A stretch of 36,912 nucleotides of DNA from Gemmatimonadota bacterium (lineage in GTDB: Bacteria > Gemmatimonadota > Gemmatimonadetes > JACCXV01 > JAHWKZ01). The translations under genes were made by a program, and so were the position numbers. Positions 7,664 to 15,649 of the stretch are shown here, piece by piece. Location of the stretch: NCBI GenBank assembly GCA_035698825.1, contig DASSBK010000194.1, positions 1 to 36,912 on the forward strand. Reading direction: 5' to 3'. The notes under the pieces were generated by a model. The model was not told the origin of the DNA. It saw only the letters and a program-made list of their open reading frames with translations, and searched no databases. Numbering within the stretch: the stretch's first letter is position 1; every line of letters begins with the position of its first letter.

Positions 7664-10465
7664 TCAGGGCCGCGATGGACGGTCTTCCTGCGTCCCCGCG
7701 ATCGAGGTGGCTCGAATGAGAAGGTCCCGAACCTCGCGAATCCGGTCCGGCTCGAGGGGGACGTGCGCTTCCCATTGCGCCAGCCCCTCGCGCAGGTAGC
7801 GGGCCGCTTCGGGCAGCCGCCCCGCGTCGAGCAGCACCGCCCCGAGACCTTCCGCGGTCGCGGCCCGGTGCGAGTGTCCATTCGGCAGGTATCTCCGGTA
7901 GAGTCCGAGCGCCCTGCGATAGTCCTCCTCGGCGGCTTCGAGATCGCCCCGGCGGTGCTCGGCCCAGGCGAGGTAATCGATCCCGTCGGTCACGAAGATC
8001 GCCGAGCCCGGCGCTCGCGCTGCGTCCACGGCGACCGCCTCCCGGTAGATGGGTTCCGCGTCCGCGGCTTCCCGCTTCACGACGATGTAGGCCAGCCGGT
8101 TCACGACGTCTCCCAGGTCCGGATTCGGGCTGGAGACGAACCGCCGGGAGTCCGCAAGGGCCTGGCGAAGGAGCCGCTCCGCTTCGATCTCGTCGCCGCG
8201 CTCCAGGCGGATTCCGCCGATCTGGCCCACCCGGCCCCATTCCAGGAAATGGCCGCGTCCGTAGATCCGCCGGGCGAGCTCGAAATTCCGGCGGGCGTAG
8301 GTTTCCGCCTCCTCGAACTCTTCCTTTCGCTCGAGCACGAGGGCCAGGACGTGATTCGCGGCCTCGGTCTCGATGTGCTCCTCGCCGTACAGGGCACGCG
8401 ACACCCGCAGGGCATCGCGGTAGAGCGACTCGGCCTGGTCGAGATCGCCGCGGTCGCGGTACGACGACCCGAGGGATCGGATCGTGAACAAAGTGGAGGC
8501 ATGGATGTCTCCGAAGATCTGCCGCTGACGCTCGAGTGTCGGTCCGAGGACTTCGATCGCTTCGTCGAATCGAGCCTGATTGAACAGCGCGTATCCGAGC
8601 TCGGAGGAGGCCTCGAGAGCGAGCGGGGTCGTCGAGCGGTCGGCCTCGCTCATCGATCCGAGGAGCTGCCGCAGCAACCGCTCCGATTCCACGTACCGTC
8701 CCTCCTGTCGCAGAACGATCGCGAGCTCCTTCTGGACGCGCAGCGTCTCGAGATGCGTGGGGCCGTGGATCGTCCGGGCCAGGGCCAGCGATCGTCGCAC
8801 CGCGTCCTCCGCCCGATCGTACTCTCCGAGGTAGCGCAGCAGTCGGCCGCGGCGGTAGAGCGTGGCGGCCAGATCGGAGTTCGGCTCCTCGAAGATCCGG
8901 GCCTGTATGCGGAGCGCCCGGGTGAGCAGGGAATCGGCGGTCGCCCAGTCGCCGAGCGTGGTGTGGAAGTCGCCCAGGATGCTGAGCGTCGCGGCCAGCA
9001 TCTCCGGACGCGTCCGGAGCTCGCGCTCGGCTCGCAAGGCCGCCTGCCGCAGCATGCTCTCCGTGCTCACCTCGCCGCGGTCGGAGGCGTCGGGACTCCA
9101 GCCCTGGAGGAACCGTTCCATGAGCTGGGCCGTCTCGATCGCCTTGTCGGCCTCGTAGCGTGCGCGGTCGCGCTCGGCCCGAACGCGCGCCATGTCGACC
9201 GCGAGCAGTCCCAGCGTCAATACCAGCGCTGCGAGGCCGGCGGCGACGGCGAGGCGATGCCGGCGGATGAACTTCCCGGCGCGGTACGAGATGCGGTCTC
9301 CCCCGAAGCGTATGGGAAGGCTCGCGAGGTGGCGCTCGACGTCCTCGGCGAGCGCCTCGGCGGATGGATAGCGGCGCTCGGGCTCCGCCCGCAGCGCCCG
9401 CAGCGCGATCGCGTCCAGATCGCCCCGGAGCCGCCGCCGCAACCGCTCCGGAGTCGTCGCCCTTCGGTGAGCGATCTCCGGCGCGTTCCCGTTCGACTCG
9501 CCGAACTGCGAGCGGGCGTCGGCCTTCCGAGTCGCGGTCGAGGGGCGGCGAGTCTCGATTCGTTGATGCGGCCCCGACTTCGCCGGGCGCCGGCCGCACA
9601 GGAGCTCGTACAGGAGCGCCCCGAGCTGGTAGACGTCGCTCGCCGTCGTCACCCGCTCCCCCGCCAGCTGCTCCGGGCTCGCATAGTCCGGCGTGACGAA
9701 GCCCGGGCCCGCACCGATGGTCCTCGTCCGATCGACTCCGTCGTCCGCGAGGAGCCTCGCGATCCCGAAGTCGAGCAGCTTTACCTCGCCGTTTTCGTCG
9801 ACCAGCACGTTGGAAGGCTTGATATCGCGATGGACGATCAGGTTCCGGTGCGCATATCCGACCGCACGGCAGGCGATCGTGAACAACCTCAGGCGATCCT
9901 CGATGGGCAGGCAGTGCTTGTCGGCGTGCTCGGAGATGGGGATCCCCGAGACGTGCTCCATCACGAAGTACGGTCGTCCGTCATCGCTTACGCCCCCGTC
10001 GAGCAGCCTGGCGATGTTCGGGTGTTCCAGTCGCGCGAGGATCTGCCGCTCGCGCAGGAAGCGAGCGATGATCTCCTCGGTGTCCATGCCGCGTCTGACG
10101 AGCTTGAGCGCGACGCGCTGCTCGAATTGGCCGTCCGCTCGCTCGGCCAGCCAGACCGTTCCCATGCCTCCGTGGCCGATCTCCTCGACCAGCAGATATC
10201 GGCCGATCATCGACCCTGGAGAATCAGTCGACCCTGGTATGGCGGCGGTTGCGAGGTAGGGTAGGGCGAAGGATTCCGCGGTTGTGTTCAGGAATCCACC
10301 GGCTGCCTCGTGTGCGGCGAGCAAGGACTCGACTTCCTTGCGCACGAAGTCGTCGTTGCCGCACGTGCGCTGAAGAACGGCCGCGCGTTCCGATAGCGGC
10401 GCCTCGAGCGCCTCTTCGAACGCGGCTTCGATCTTCCGCCAGAGATCAGGTCTCTGTGATCTCAC
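7664..10465 (-). CDS. Ser/Thr protein kinase with one TM segment and a C-terminal TPR-repeat domain
   Basis: Hanks kinase motifs are present: GHGGMGTVW, VALKLV, HRDIKPSNVLV, DFGIARL and ASPEQ. A TM helix (LAVAAGLAALVLTLGLLAV) is followed by about 450 aa of TPR-like repeats. The GTG start at 10465 overlaps the sigma factor stop by 20 nt. Confidence 0.95.
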   Translation of the reverse strand: MRSQRPDLWRKIEAAFEEALEAPLSERAAVLQRTCGNDDFVRKEVESLLAAHEAAGGFLNTTAESFALPYLATAAIPGSTDSPGSMIGRYLLVEEIGHGGMGTVWLAERADGQFEQRVALKLVRRGMDTEEIIARFLRERQILARLEHPNIARLLDGGVSDDGRPYFVMEHVSGIPISEHADKHCLPIEDRLRLFTIACRAVGYAHRNLIVHRDIKPSNVLVDENGEVKLLDFGIARLLADDGVDRTRTIGAGPGFVTPDYASPEQLAGERVTTASDVYQLGALLYELLCGRRPAKSGPHQRIETRRPSTATRKADARSQFGESNGNAPEIAHRRATTPERLRRRLRGDLDAIALRALRAEPERRYPSAEALAEDVERHLASLPIRFGGDRISYRAGKFIRRHRLAVAAGLAALVLTLGLLAVDMARVRAERDRARYEADKAIETAQLMERFLQGWSPDASDRGEVSTESMLRQAALRAERELRTRPEMLAATLSILGDFHTTLGDWATADSLLTRALRIQARIFEEPNSDLAATLYRRGRLLRYLGEYDRAEDAVRRSLALARTIHGPTHLETLRVQKELAIVLRQEGRYVESERLLRQLLGSMSEADRSTTPLALEASSELGYALFNQARFDEAIEVLGPTLERQRQIFGDIHASTLFTIRSLGSSYRDRGDLDQAESLYRDALRVSRALYGEEHIETEAANHVLALVLERKEEFEEAETYARRNFELARRIYGRGHFLEWGRVGQIGGIRLERGDEIEAERLLRQALADSRRFVSSPNPDLGDVVNRLAYIVVKREAADAEPIYREAVAVDAARAPGSAIFVTDGIDYLAWAEHRRGDLEAAEEDYRRALGLYRRYLPNGHSHRAATAEGLGAVLLDAGRLPEAARYLREGLAQWEAHVPLEPDRIREVRDLLIRATSIAGTQEDRPSRP

Positions 10466-11003
10466 GGTAGAGCCAGGCGCGGGCCTTCTGCCAGTCGAGT
10501 TTCACCGTGCTGGGCGATATCTCCAGGGCCTCGGAGATCTCTTCGACGGTCAGGCCCCCGAAGAATCGGAGCTCCACGATGCGGCCGAGTCGCTCATTGA
10601 GGGCCGACAACTTCTCCAGCGCCGTGTCGAGTGCGAGCATCTCGTCCGCGCGCTCGTCCGATACGGACAGGTCCTCGTCCAGCTCGAGCGGGGTCCGGCC
10701 CCCGCCGCGCTTCTTCGCGCCATGGGCTCGGGCATAGGATACGAGCACGAACCGCATCGCCCGGGATGCAAGCGCGAGGAAGTGCGCGCGATCCTGCCAG
10801 CTGACCCGCTCGTTGACGATCAGCTTCAGATAGCTTTCGTGAACCAGGGCCGTCGTGGACAGGGTGAGACCGGATGGTTGCCCCCGCAGGGCACGGTGCG
10901 CCACGCGCCGCAGCTCCTCGTAGACGAGAGGGAACAGCGAATCGAGGGCGTCGCGGCTTCCGCGGCGCCAGTCGACCAGCAGCGAGGTGGCATCGGGTTT
11001 CAA
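10446..11003 (-). CDS. ECF-type RNA polymerase sigma factor (Sigma70_ECF / TIGR02999-like)
   Basis: ATSLLVDWRRGSRDALDSLFPLVYEELRRVAHRALR...TALVHESYLKL and the C-terminal region-4 HTH (RIVELRFFGGLTVEEISEALEISPSTVKLDWQKARAWL) match this family from memory. I chose the TTG at 11003 (185 aa) because family members start a few residues before the TxLL motif. The 46 codons up to the ATG at 11141 have lower GC3 (~72%) and rare codons. The ATG at 11141 remains an alternative start. Confidence 0.85.
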   Translation of the reverse strand: MKPDATSLLVDWRRGSRDALDSLFPLVYEELRRVAHRALRGQPSGLTLSTTALVHESYLKLIVNERVSWQDRAHFLALASRAMRFVLVSYARAHGAKKRGGGRTPLELDEDLSVSDERADEMLALDTALEKLSALNERLGRIVELRFFGGLTVEEISEALEISPSTVKLDWQKARAWLYREITET

Positions 11004-11139
11004 CGGAGGCCGAGGTCGAAACCTATGCGGCGGCCGGGTCGCGCGGGAGAGGATCCGTTGGGACCCGTTCGCCCCGGTGAGGGGGCTTTTCGCCGCCCAC
11101 CGTTGACGCCCGCCCACCCGTGGTCTATGATCGGTGGTC

Positions 11140-11520
11140 ATGCGGTTTACGTGGATCGCACTGCCCGTACTTCTGGTCACCCTGACCGGAACGTCGGGCG
11201 CCTCCCCCCCGCCCGCCGACGAATCGTCGGACCGCGAGCGCGTGGTGGAGCGCGCGACGACGTCAACGGCGACTCCAGTCGTCGCCTTGCCGTCGACGAG
11301 AGTGTCCGATTGGAAGCGCCTCGGCGCCGAGGAACAGGAGCGTCGCGATTCGCACCCCGACGCCGCTGCGCCACCCGGATCGCGGCGGGCCACTCAGGCC
11401 CGCGTCCGGATCCGGACGGTCGATCTCGCGGGAACGGCGTTCATCCCGGAGATAACCCGCGCCACCACCGGCTTCCTCTCGTCCTCCACGACCGCCTGTC
11501 CGCCGCCAGCCAATCGTTGA
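11140..11520 (+). CDS. Possible small secreted protein (126 aa), hypothetical
   Basis: The ATG gives MRFTWIALPVLLVTLTGTSGA, which looks like a signal peptide. GC3 is ~80% by hand count. It lies between the divergent sigma gene and tonB. I recognise no family and the sequence is compositionally biased, so it could be spurious. Confidence 0.35.
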   Translation: MRFTWIALPVLLVTLTGTSGASPPPADESSDRERVVERATTSTATPVVALPSTRVSDWKRLGAEEQERRDSHPDAAAPPGSRRATQARVRIRTVDLAGTAFIPEITRATTGFLSSSTTACPPPANR

Positions 11521-11628
11521 CACGCAACCGATCGCGACGTTCGCGGGTATAACGGTCGTATGACTCCCGTCGCGGTTTTGTAAGACGGCGAACGCCAGCG
11601 TTTGAACCAGCAGGCCAAGGAGACTGGA

Positions 11629-12369
11629 ATGGACCAGCAACCACATCCCAAGGGCGAGACGGAATCGATGTTCCGGCTGCTCGCCAGCAAGCCGCCCCGG
11701 CGCGGCAAGCGGGAGGCGGGCACCATGGTGGCCTCGATCGCGCTCCACGGCGCGTTGGCGGCCGGCCTGATATGGGCTACGCTGGCCGTCGGCGAGGAGG
11801 TCGCTGAGGAAGCGGAAGAGGTGACGATCATCGAGGTGACGGAAGAGGTCCCGCCTCCGCCGCCGCCTCCGCCGGAGCCCGAAGCGCCCCCGCCCCCCGA
11901 GGTCGAGGCCAAAGGCTTCCAGACCCTGGCCACGCCGGTCATCGTTCCGCCCGACATCCCCCCGCCGGGTGAAAAGGTCGAAGAGGCCGACTTCAGCGGC
12001 GAGGGCGTCGAAGGCGGAATCGCCGAGGGTGTGCCGATGCCCGCGGCCCCGGTCGAGGAGACGACGTTCTCATTCACGCCGTACACGGTGAAGCCCAAGT
12101 GCCGCTCGGGTTGCACGGCCGACGACATCCTGCGCCACGTGCCGCCGATGCTCAAGCGCAGCGGCGTGCAGTGTGAGCTCACGGTCGGCATCCGCATCGA
12201 CACCGCCGGAAACGTGACGAACACCGACCTGCTCAAGTCGAGTGGAAACGAAGCCTGCGATCGCGCGGCCCAGGAGTGGGCTCGCACGACCACGTGGACA
12301 ACCGCCTACAACCGCGATCAGGCGGTCATCGTCTGGATCGCTCAGCCGGTCAGCATTCAGACCCAGTAG
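11629..12369 (+). CDS. tonB: Energy transducer TonB
   Basis: aaggag at 11617-11622 lies 6 nt before the ATG. The protein has an N-terminal TM anchor (MVASIALHGALAAGLIWATLAV), a Pro-rich spacer (PPPPPPPPEPEAPPPPE) and a TonB_C-like C-terminal domain. Confidence 0.9.
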   Translation: MDQQPHPKGETESMFRLLASKPPRRGKREAGTMVASIALHGALAAGLIWATLAVGEEVAEEAEEVTIIEVTEEVPPPPPPPPEPEAPPPPEVEAKGFQTLATPVIVPPDIPPPGEKVEEADFSGEGVEGGIAEGVPMPAAPVEETTFSFTPYTVKPKCRSGCTADDILRHVPPMLKRSGVQCELTVGIRIDTAGNVTNTDLLKSSGNEACDRAAQEWARTTTWTTAYNRDQAVIVWIAQPVSIQTQ

Positions 12370-12388
12370 CCAGTAGGGAGGAGAAACC

Positions 12389-13114
12389 ATGCAGCTGTCG
12401 TTACTCGAGCTTTGGGCCACAATGGGGTGGTTCGCCAAGGGGATCGTCTTCCTCCTCTTCGGCATGTCCATCTTCGCGGCCGCCATCGCGATCCGGAAAG
12501 CGGTCGAGCTGCGGCGAGGGAAGCGCGCGACCGTCAGGTTCTCCCAGCCGTTCTCCCAGGCGCTGGCCGACGAGAACTTCGACGCGGCGGCGGCGCTGGT
12601 GGAGAAGCACAAGGCCAGCCATCTCGCGGCGGCATTCCGCGGCGTGATGGAGAACCTGTTGGTCTTCGGGAAGGACCGGCACCTCAGCGCGGTGGAGATC
12701 GCGTCGATTCAGCGCACCATCGAGCTCAACTCGCTGGAGCAGCTGGCGAATCTCCGTCGCGGGTTGGGGGTTCTGGCGACGGTCGGAGCCACGGCGCCGT
12801 TCGTAGGTCTGCTGGGAACGACGATGGGCGTCGTCAACGCCTTCACGGGCATGGCCGCGGCGGGAAGCGGCGGTCTGTCGGCCATCTCGGCCGGTATCGC
12901 GGAAGCGCTCATCACGACGGCCTTCGGCCTCATGGTGGCGATCCCGGCGGTGTGGCTCTACAACTACTTCGTCAACAAGATCGAGTACGTCGGCATGGAG
13001 ATCCAGTACGCTGCGAAGGAGTTCACCGACTTCATGCTGAAGCATGAGGCGCACGTGCAGGGTCAAGCGGATCCGGTGGTGAACCGCACGCCCTCGATCG
13101 CGGCGGGAACGTGA
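12389..13114 (+). CDS. exbB: MotA/TolQ/ExbB proton-channel protein
   Basis: gggaggag lies 5 nt upstream of the ATG. Signature: GLLGTTMGVVNAF...GIAEALITTAFGLMVAIPAVWLYNYF. Confidence 0.93.
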   Translation: MQLSLLELWATMGWFAKGIVFLLFGMSIFAAAIAIRKAVELRRGKRATVRFSQPFSQALADENFDAAAALVEKHKASHLAAAFRGVMENLLVFGKDRHLSAVEIASIQRTIELNSLEQLANLRRGLGVLATVGATAPFVGLLGTTMGVVNAFTGMAAAGSGGLSAISAGIAEALITTAFGLMVAIPAVWLYNYFVNKIEYVGMEIQYAAKEFTDFMLKHEAHVQGQADPVVNRTPSIAAGT

Positions 13115-13665
13115 TCGACAGAGGCAACGGCGGCCTCACCCGGGAGGACATCCAGGAGCTGAGCGAGCACGAAGGCGCGGTCATCGCCGAGGCATTCGAT
13201 CGCTCGAACGTGATGGGCGACATCAACGTGACGCCAATGGTAGACGTCATGCTCGTGCTGCTGATCATCTTCATGGTGGTGACGCCCGCGTTGGTGGCGG
13301 GCTTCCAGGCGCAGCTTCCCGTGGGCATGAATCTGCGGGAGCGGCCGGAGGAAGAAGGGCGCACGACCCTCGGAATCGATGCCTTCGGCGCCTACTATCT
13401 GGACACGCGGCCGGTGCCGAATTGCACGGCGGCCGATCGTCAGACGGAAAGCGGACGAGCGCGGTGCGCGTCGGAATTTCGCGGTCGTTTGTCGGCCGCC
13501 TTCCAGTCGCATCCTCAGGACCGCGTGCTCTTCGTCAAGGCGCACGCAGGGCTCAAGTATCAGGAGATGATCGACGTGATGCGACTCGCCAAGGAATCCG
13601 GCGCGCGGGTCGTGGCGGCCGTGACCGAGCAGACTCCGACCGACGAAGAAGACACCGAGGATTAG
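13111..13665 (+). CDS. exbD: Biopolymer transport protein ExbD/TolR (long paralog)
   Basis: The GTG at 13111 overlaps the exbB stop (GTGA). Signature: DINVTPMVDVMLVLLIIFMV. It has an unusual ~35-aa N-terminal extension, an internal insert and an acidic tail. The ATG at 13213 is an alternative start. Confidence 0.85.
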   Translation: MIDRGNGGLTREDIQELSEHEGAVIAEAFDRSNVMGDINVTPMVDVMLVLLIIFMVVTPALVAGFQAQLPVGMNLRERPEEEGRTTLGIDAFGAYYLDTRPVPNCTAADRQTESGRARCASEFRGRLSAAFQSHPQDRVLFVKAHAGLKYQEMIDVMRLAKESGARVVAAVTEQTPTDEEDTED

Positions 13666-13674
13666 GAGGCTCCC

Positions 13675-14115
13675 ATGGCAATGGCAGTGGGTGGCAAGGC
13701 CAAGGGCTCGATGTCGGACATCAACATGACGCCGATGATCGACGTACTGCTCGTGCTGCTCGTCATCTTCATGATCGCGCAGCCGCTGCTCCAGCGCAGC
13801 ATCGACGTGCAGCTGCCGATCGAGCAGGAGGAGGAGTCGACCACCCCGGCGACGCCGATCGTGCTCGAGATCGACGCTCGCGGGAACATGAACATCAACA
13901 CACGGCCGGTCAGCAAGGACGCACTTCAGGACCGCCTCAATGAGATCTACTCCGCTCGGCCGGACAAGGTGCTGTTCGTCAAGGCCAGCGGAGAGGTCCT
14001 GTATCAGGACGTCATCGTGGTGATGGATGCGGCGCGCGGGGCGGGCGTGGAGGTTCTCGGAGCGATGCTTCCACCGGTCGGCGGCGCGCAACCGGCACCT
14101 TCGGTTCCGTCCTAG
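13675..14115 (+). CDS. exbD: Biopolymer transport protein ExbD/TolR
   Basis: aggagg at 13664-13669 precedes the ATG at 13675. Signature: DINMTPMIDVLLVLLVIFMI. Confidence 0.92.
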   Translation: MAMAVGGKAKGSMSDINMTPMIDVLLVLLVIFMIAQPLLQRSIDVQLPIEQEEESTTPATPIVLEIDARGNMNINTRPVSKDALQDRLNEIYSARPDKVLFVKASGEVLYQDVIVVMDAARGAGVEVLGAMLPPVGGAQPAPSVPS

Positions 14116-14161
14116 AACCCCGCACGCGGGGGGACTCCTCTCTCCTTCGCACGGAGACCCG

Positions 14162-15634
14162 ATGTCCCTCTTTCGCCGCAAGTCGCTCGAGGATCTCCAG
14201 CGTTCCGAATCCGAAGGGGCCCTGCTGCGGGTGCTGGGCCCCTGGCACCTCGTCCTCCTCGGCGTCGGGGGGGTGATCGGGGCCGGGATCTTCTCCCTGA
14301 CCGGGCTGGCGGCGGCCACGAACGCCGGCCCCGCCATCGTCATCTCCTTCCTGCTCGCGGGCTTCGCCTGCGCGATGGCCGGTCTCTGCTACTCGGAGAT
14401 GGCCTCCATGATCCCCATCGCGGGCAGCGCGTATACGTATTCGTACGCCACGATGGGAGAGCTGATCGCCTGGATCATCGGCTGGGACCTGGTGCTCGAG
14501 TACGCGGTCTCGGCGGTGACGGTCGCCATCGCGTGGTCCAGCTACGCGACGAGCTTTCTCGCCGACTTCGGCCTGCACCTTCCTGCCAGGCTGACGGCCA
14601 CGCCGGGCACCGAGATCGCGCTCTCCAACGGATCGACGGTGACGGCGCTCTTCAACCTGCCGGCCGTGATCGTCTCGCTGGCCATCACGGCGATCCTCAT
14701 CGTCGGGATCAGGGAATCCGCCCGCGCAAACGCGATCATCGTGGCGATCAAGGTGGCGGTCATCGCGGTGTTCGTGGTCGCGGGCTGGTCGTTCATCGAC
14801 GGTGACAACCTGACCCCGTTGGTGCCGCCCAACTCCGGCGAGTTCGGGGTCTTCGGCTGGAGCGGCGTCCTGCGGGCGGCAGGTATCGTCTTCTTCGCGT
14901 ACATCGGCTTCGACGCCGTCTCGACCGCTGCCCAGGAAGCGCGAAATCCGCAGCGCGACATGCCGATCGGCATGCTGGGATCGCTGGCGATCTGCACGCT
15001 GCTCTACATCCTGGTGTCCTACGTCCTGGTCGGGCTGGTCGACTACCGGCAGCTGAACGTCGCGGACCCGATCGCGGTCGGAATCGAGGCCACCGGCATC
15101 GGGTGGCTTCAGCCGCTGGTCAAGCTGGGGGCCCTGATGGGTCTGTCGTCGGTGATCCTCGTCAGCCTGCTCGGGCAGTCGCGGATCTTCTTCTCCATGT
15201 CCCGGGACGGCCTGCTGCCCCCGTTCATGGGCCGCACCCACGAGCGGCTGCGGACCCCGCATCTGACGCTGCTCCTGACGGGCGGTCTCGTCGCGTTGGC
15301 GGCGGCCGTGCTGCCGCTCAGGATCGTGGGGGAGCTGGTGTCGATCGGCACCCTGTTCGCGTTCCTGCTCGTGTCGCTGGGGGTATGGATCCTGCGACGC
15401 ACACGCCCCGACGTTCCGCGGCCCTTCCGCACGCCGTGGGTGCCGCTGGTGCCGATCGTCAGCGTCGTCAGCTGTCTAGCCCTCATGCTGGCGCTCCCGA
15501 GCGACACCTGGATCCGGCTCGTGGTCTGGCTAGCGATCGGCCTGACGATCTTCTTCCTGTACGGCCGCCACCATTCGGTGCTCGGCCGCAGGGAAGGGGG
15601 AAGGGCGCCGACGGCAGGGGCCGGCGCGCGCTGA
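14162..15634 (+). CDS. Amino acid permease (APC superfamily, cationic amino-acid-transporter-like)
   Basis: The ATG at 14162 gives MSLFRRKSLEDLQ...LGVGGVIGAGIFSLTG. The protein has about 12 hydrophobic segments. The upstream part of the track ORF overlaps exbD and is Arg-rich. Confidence 0.9.
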   Translation: MSLFRRKSLEDLQRSESEGALLRVLGPWHLVLLGVGGVIGAGIFSLTGLAAATNAGPAIVISFLLAGFACAMAGLCYSEMASMIPIAGSAYTYSYATMGELIAWIIGWDLVLEYAVSAVTVAIAWSSYATSFLADFGLHLPARLTATPGTEIALSNGSTVTALFNLPAVIVSLAITAILIVGIRESARANAIIVAIKVAVIAVFVVAGWSFIDGDNLTPLVPPNSGEFGVFGWSGVLRAAGIVFFAYIGFDAVSTAAQEARNPQRDMPIGMLGSLAICTLLYILVSYVLVGLVDYRQLNVADPIAVGIEATGIGWLQPLVKLGALMGLSSVILVSLLGQSRIFFSMSRDGLLPPFMGRTHERLRTPHLTLLLTGGLVALAAAVLPLRIVGELVSIGTLFAFLLVSLGVWILRRTRPDVPRPFRTPWVPLVPIVSVVSCLALMLALPSDTWIRLVVWLAIGLTIFFLYGRHHSVLGRREGGRAPTAGAGAR

Positions 15635-15649
15635 GGTCCGGATCCGGCC

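Noticed and set aside
7620-10264. Long alternative-frame and antisense ORFs over the kinase gene (7620-9599 minus, 7763-10264 plus)
   Set aside because: Only the 7664-10465 minus frame yields Hanks kinase motifs and TPR repeats. The others are Arg/Pro/Gly-rich shadows.
4743-11003. Classical FecI-FecR-FecA cell-surface signalling unit
   Set aside because: The FecR-like domain protein has a cleavable signal peptide and no cytoplasmic anti-sigma domain. The sigma factor is of the kinase-associated TIGR02999 type, and no TonB-dependent transducer gene is present.
10446-11141. Sigma factor starting at the ATG at 11141 (232 aa)
   Set aside because: The extra 46 codons have lower GC3 (~72% versus ~85%), several rare codons, and an Arg/Pro-rich sequence absent from family members. 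The TTG at 11003 gives the canonical N-terminus. I keep 11141 as an alternative because neither start has an SD.
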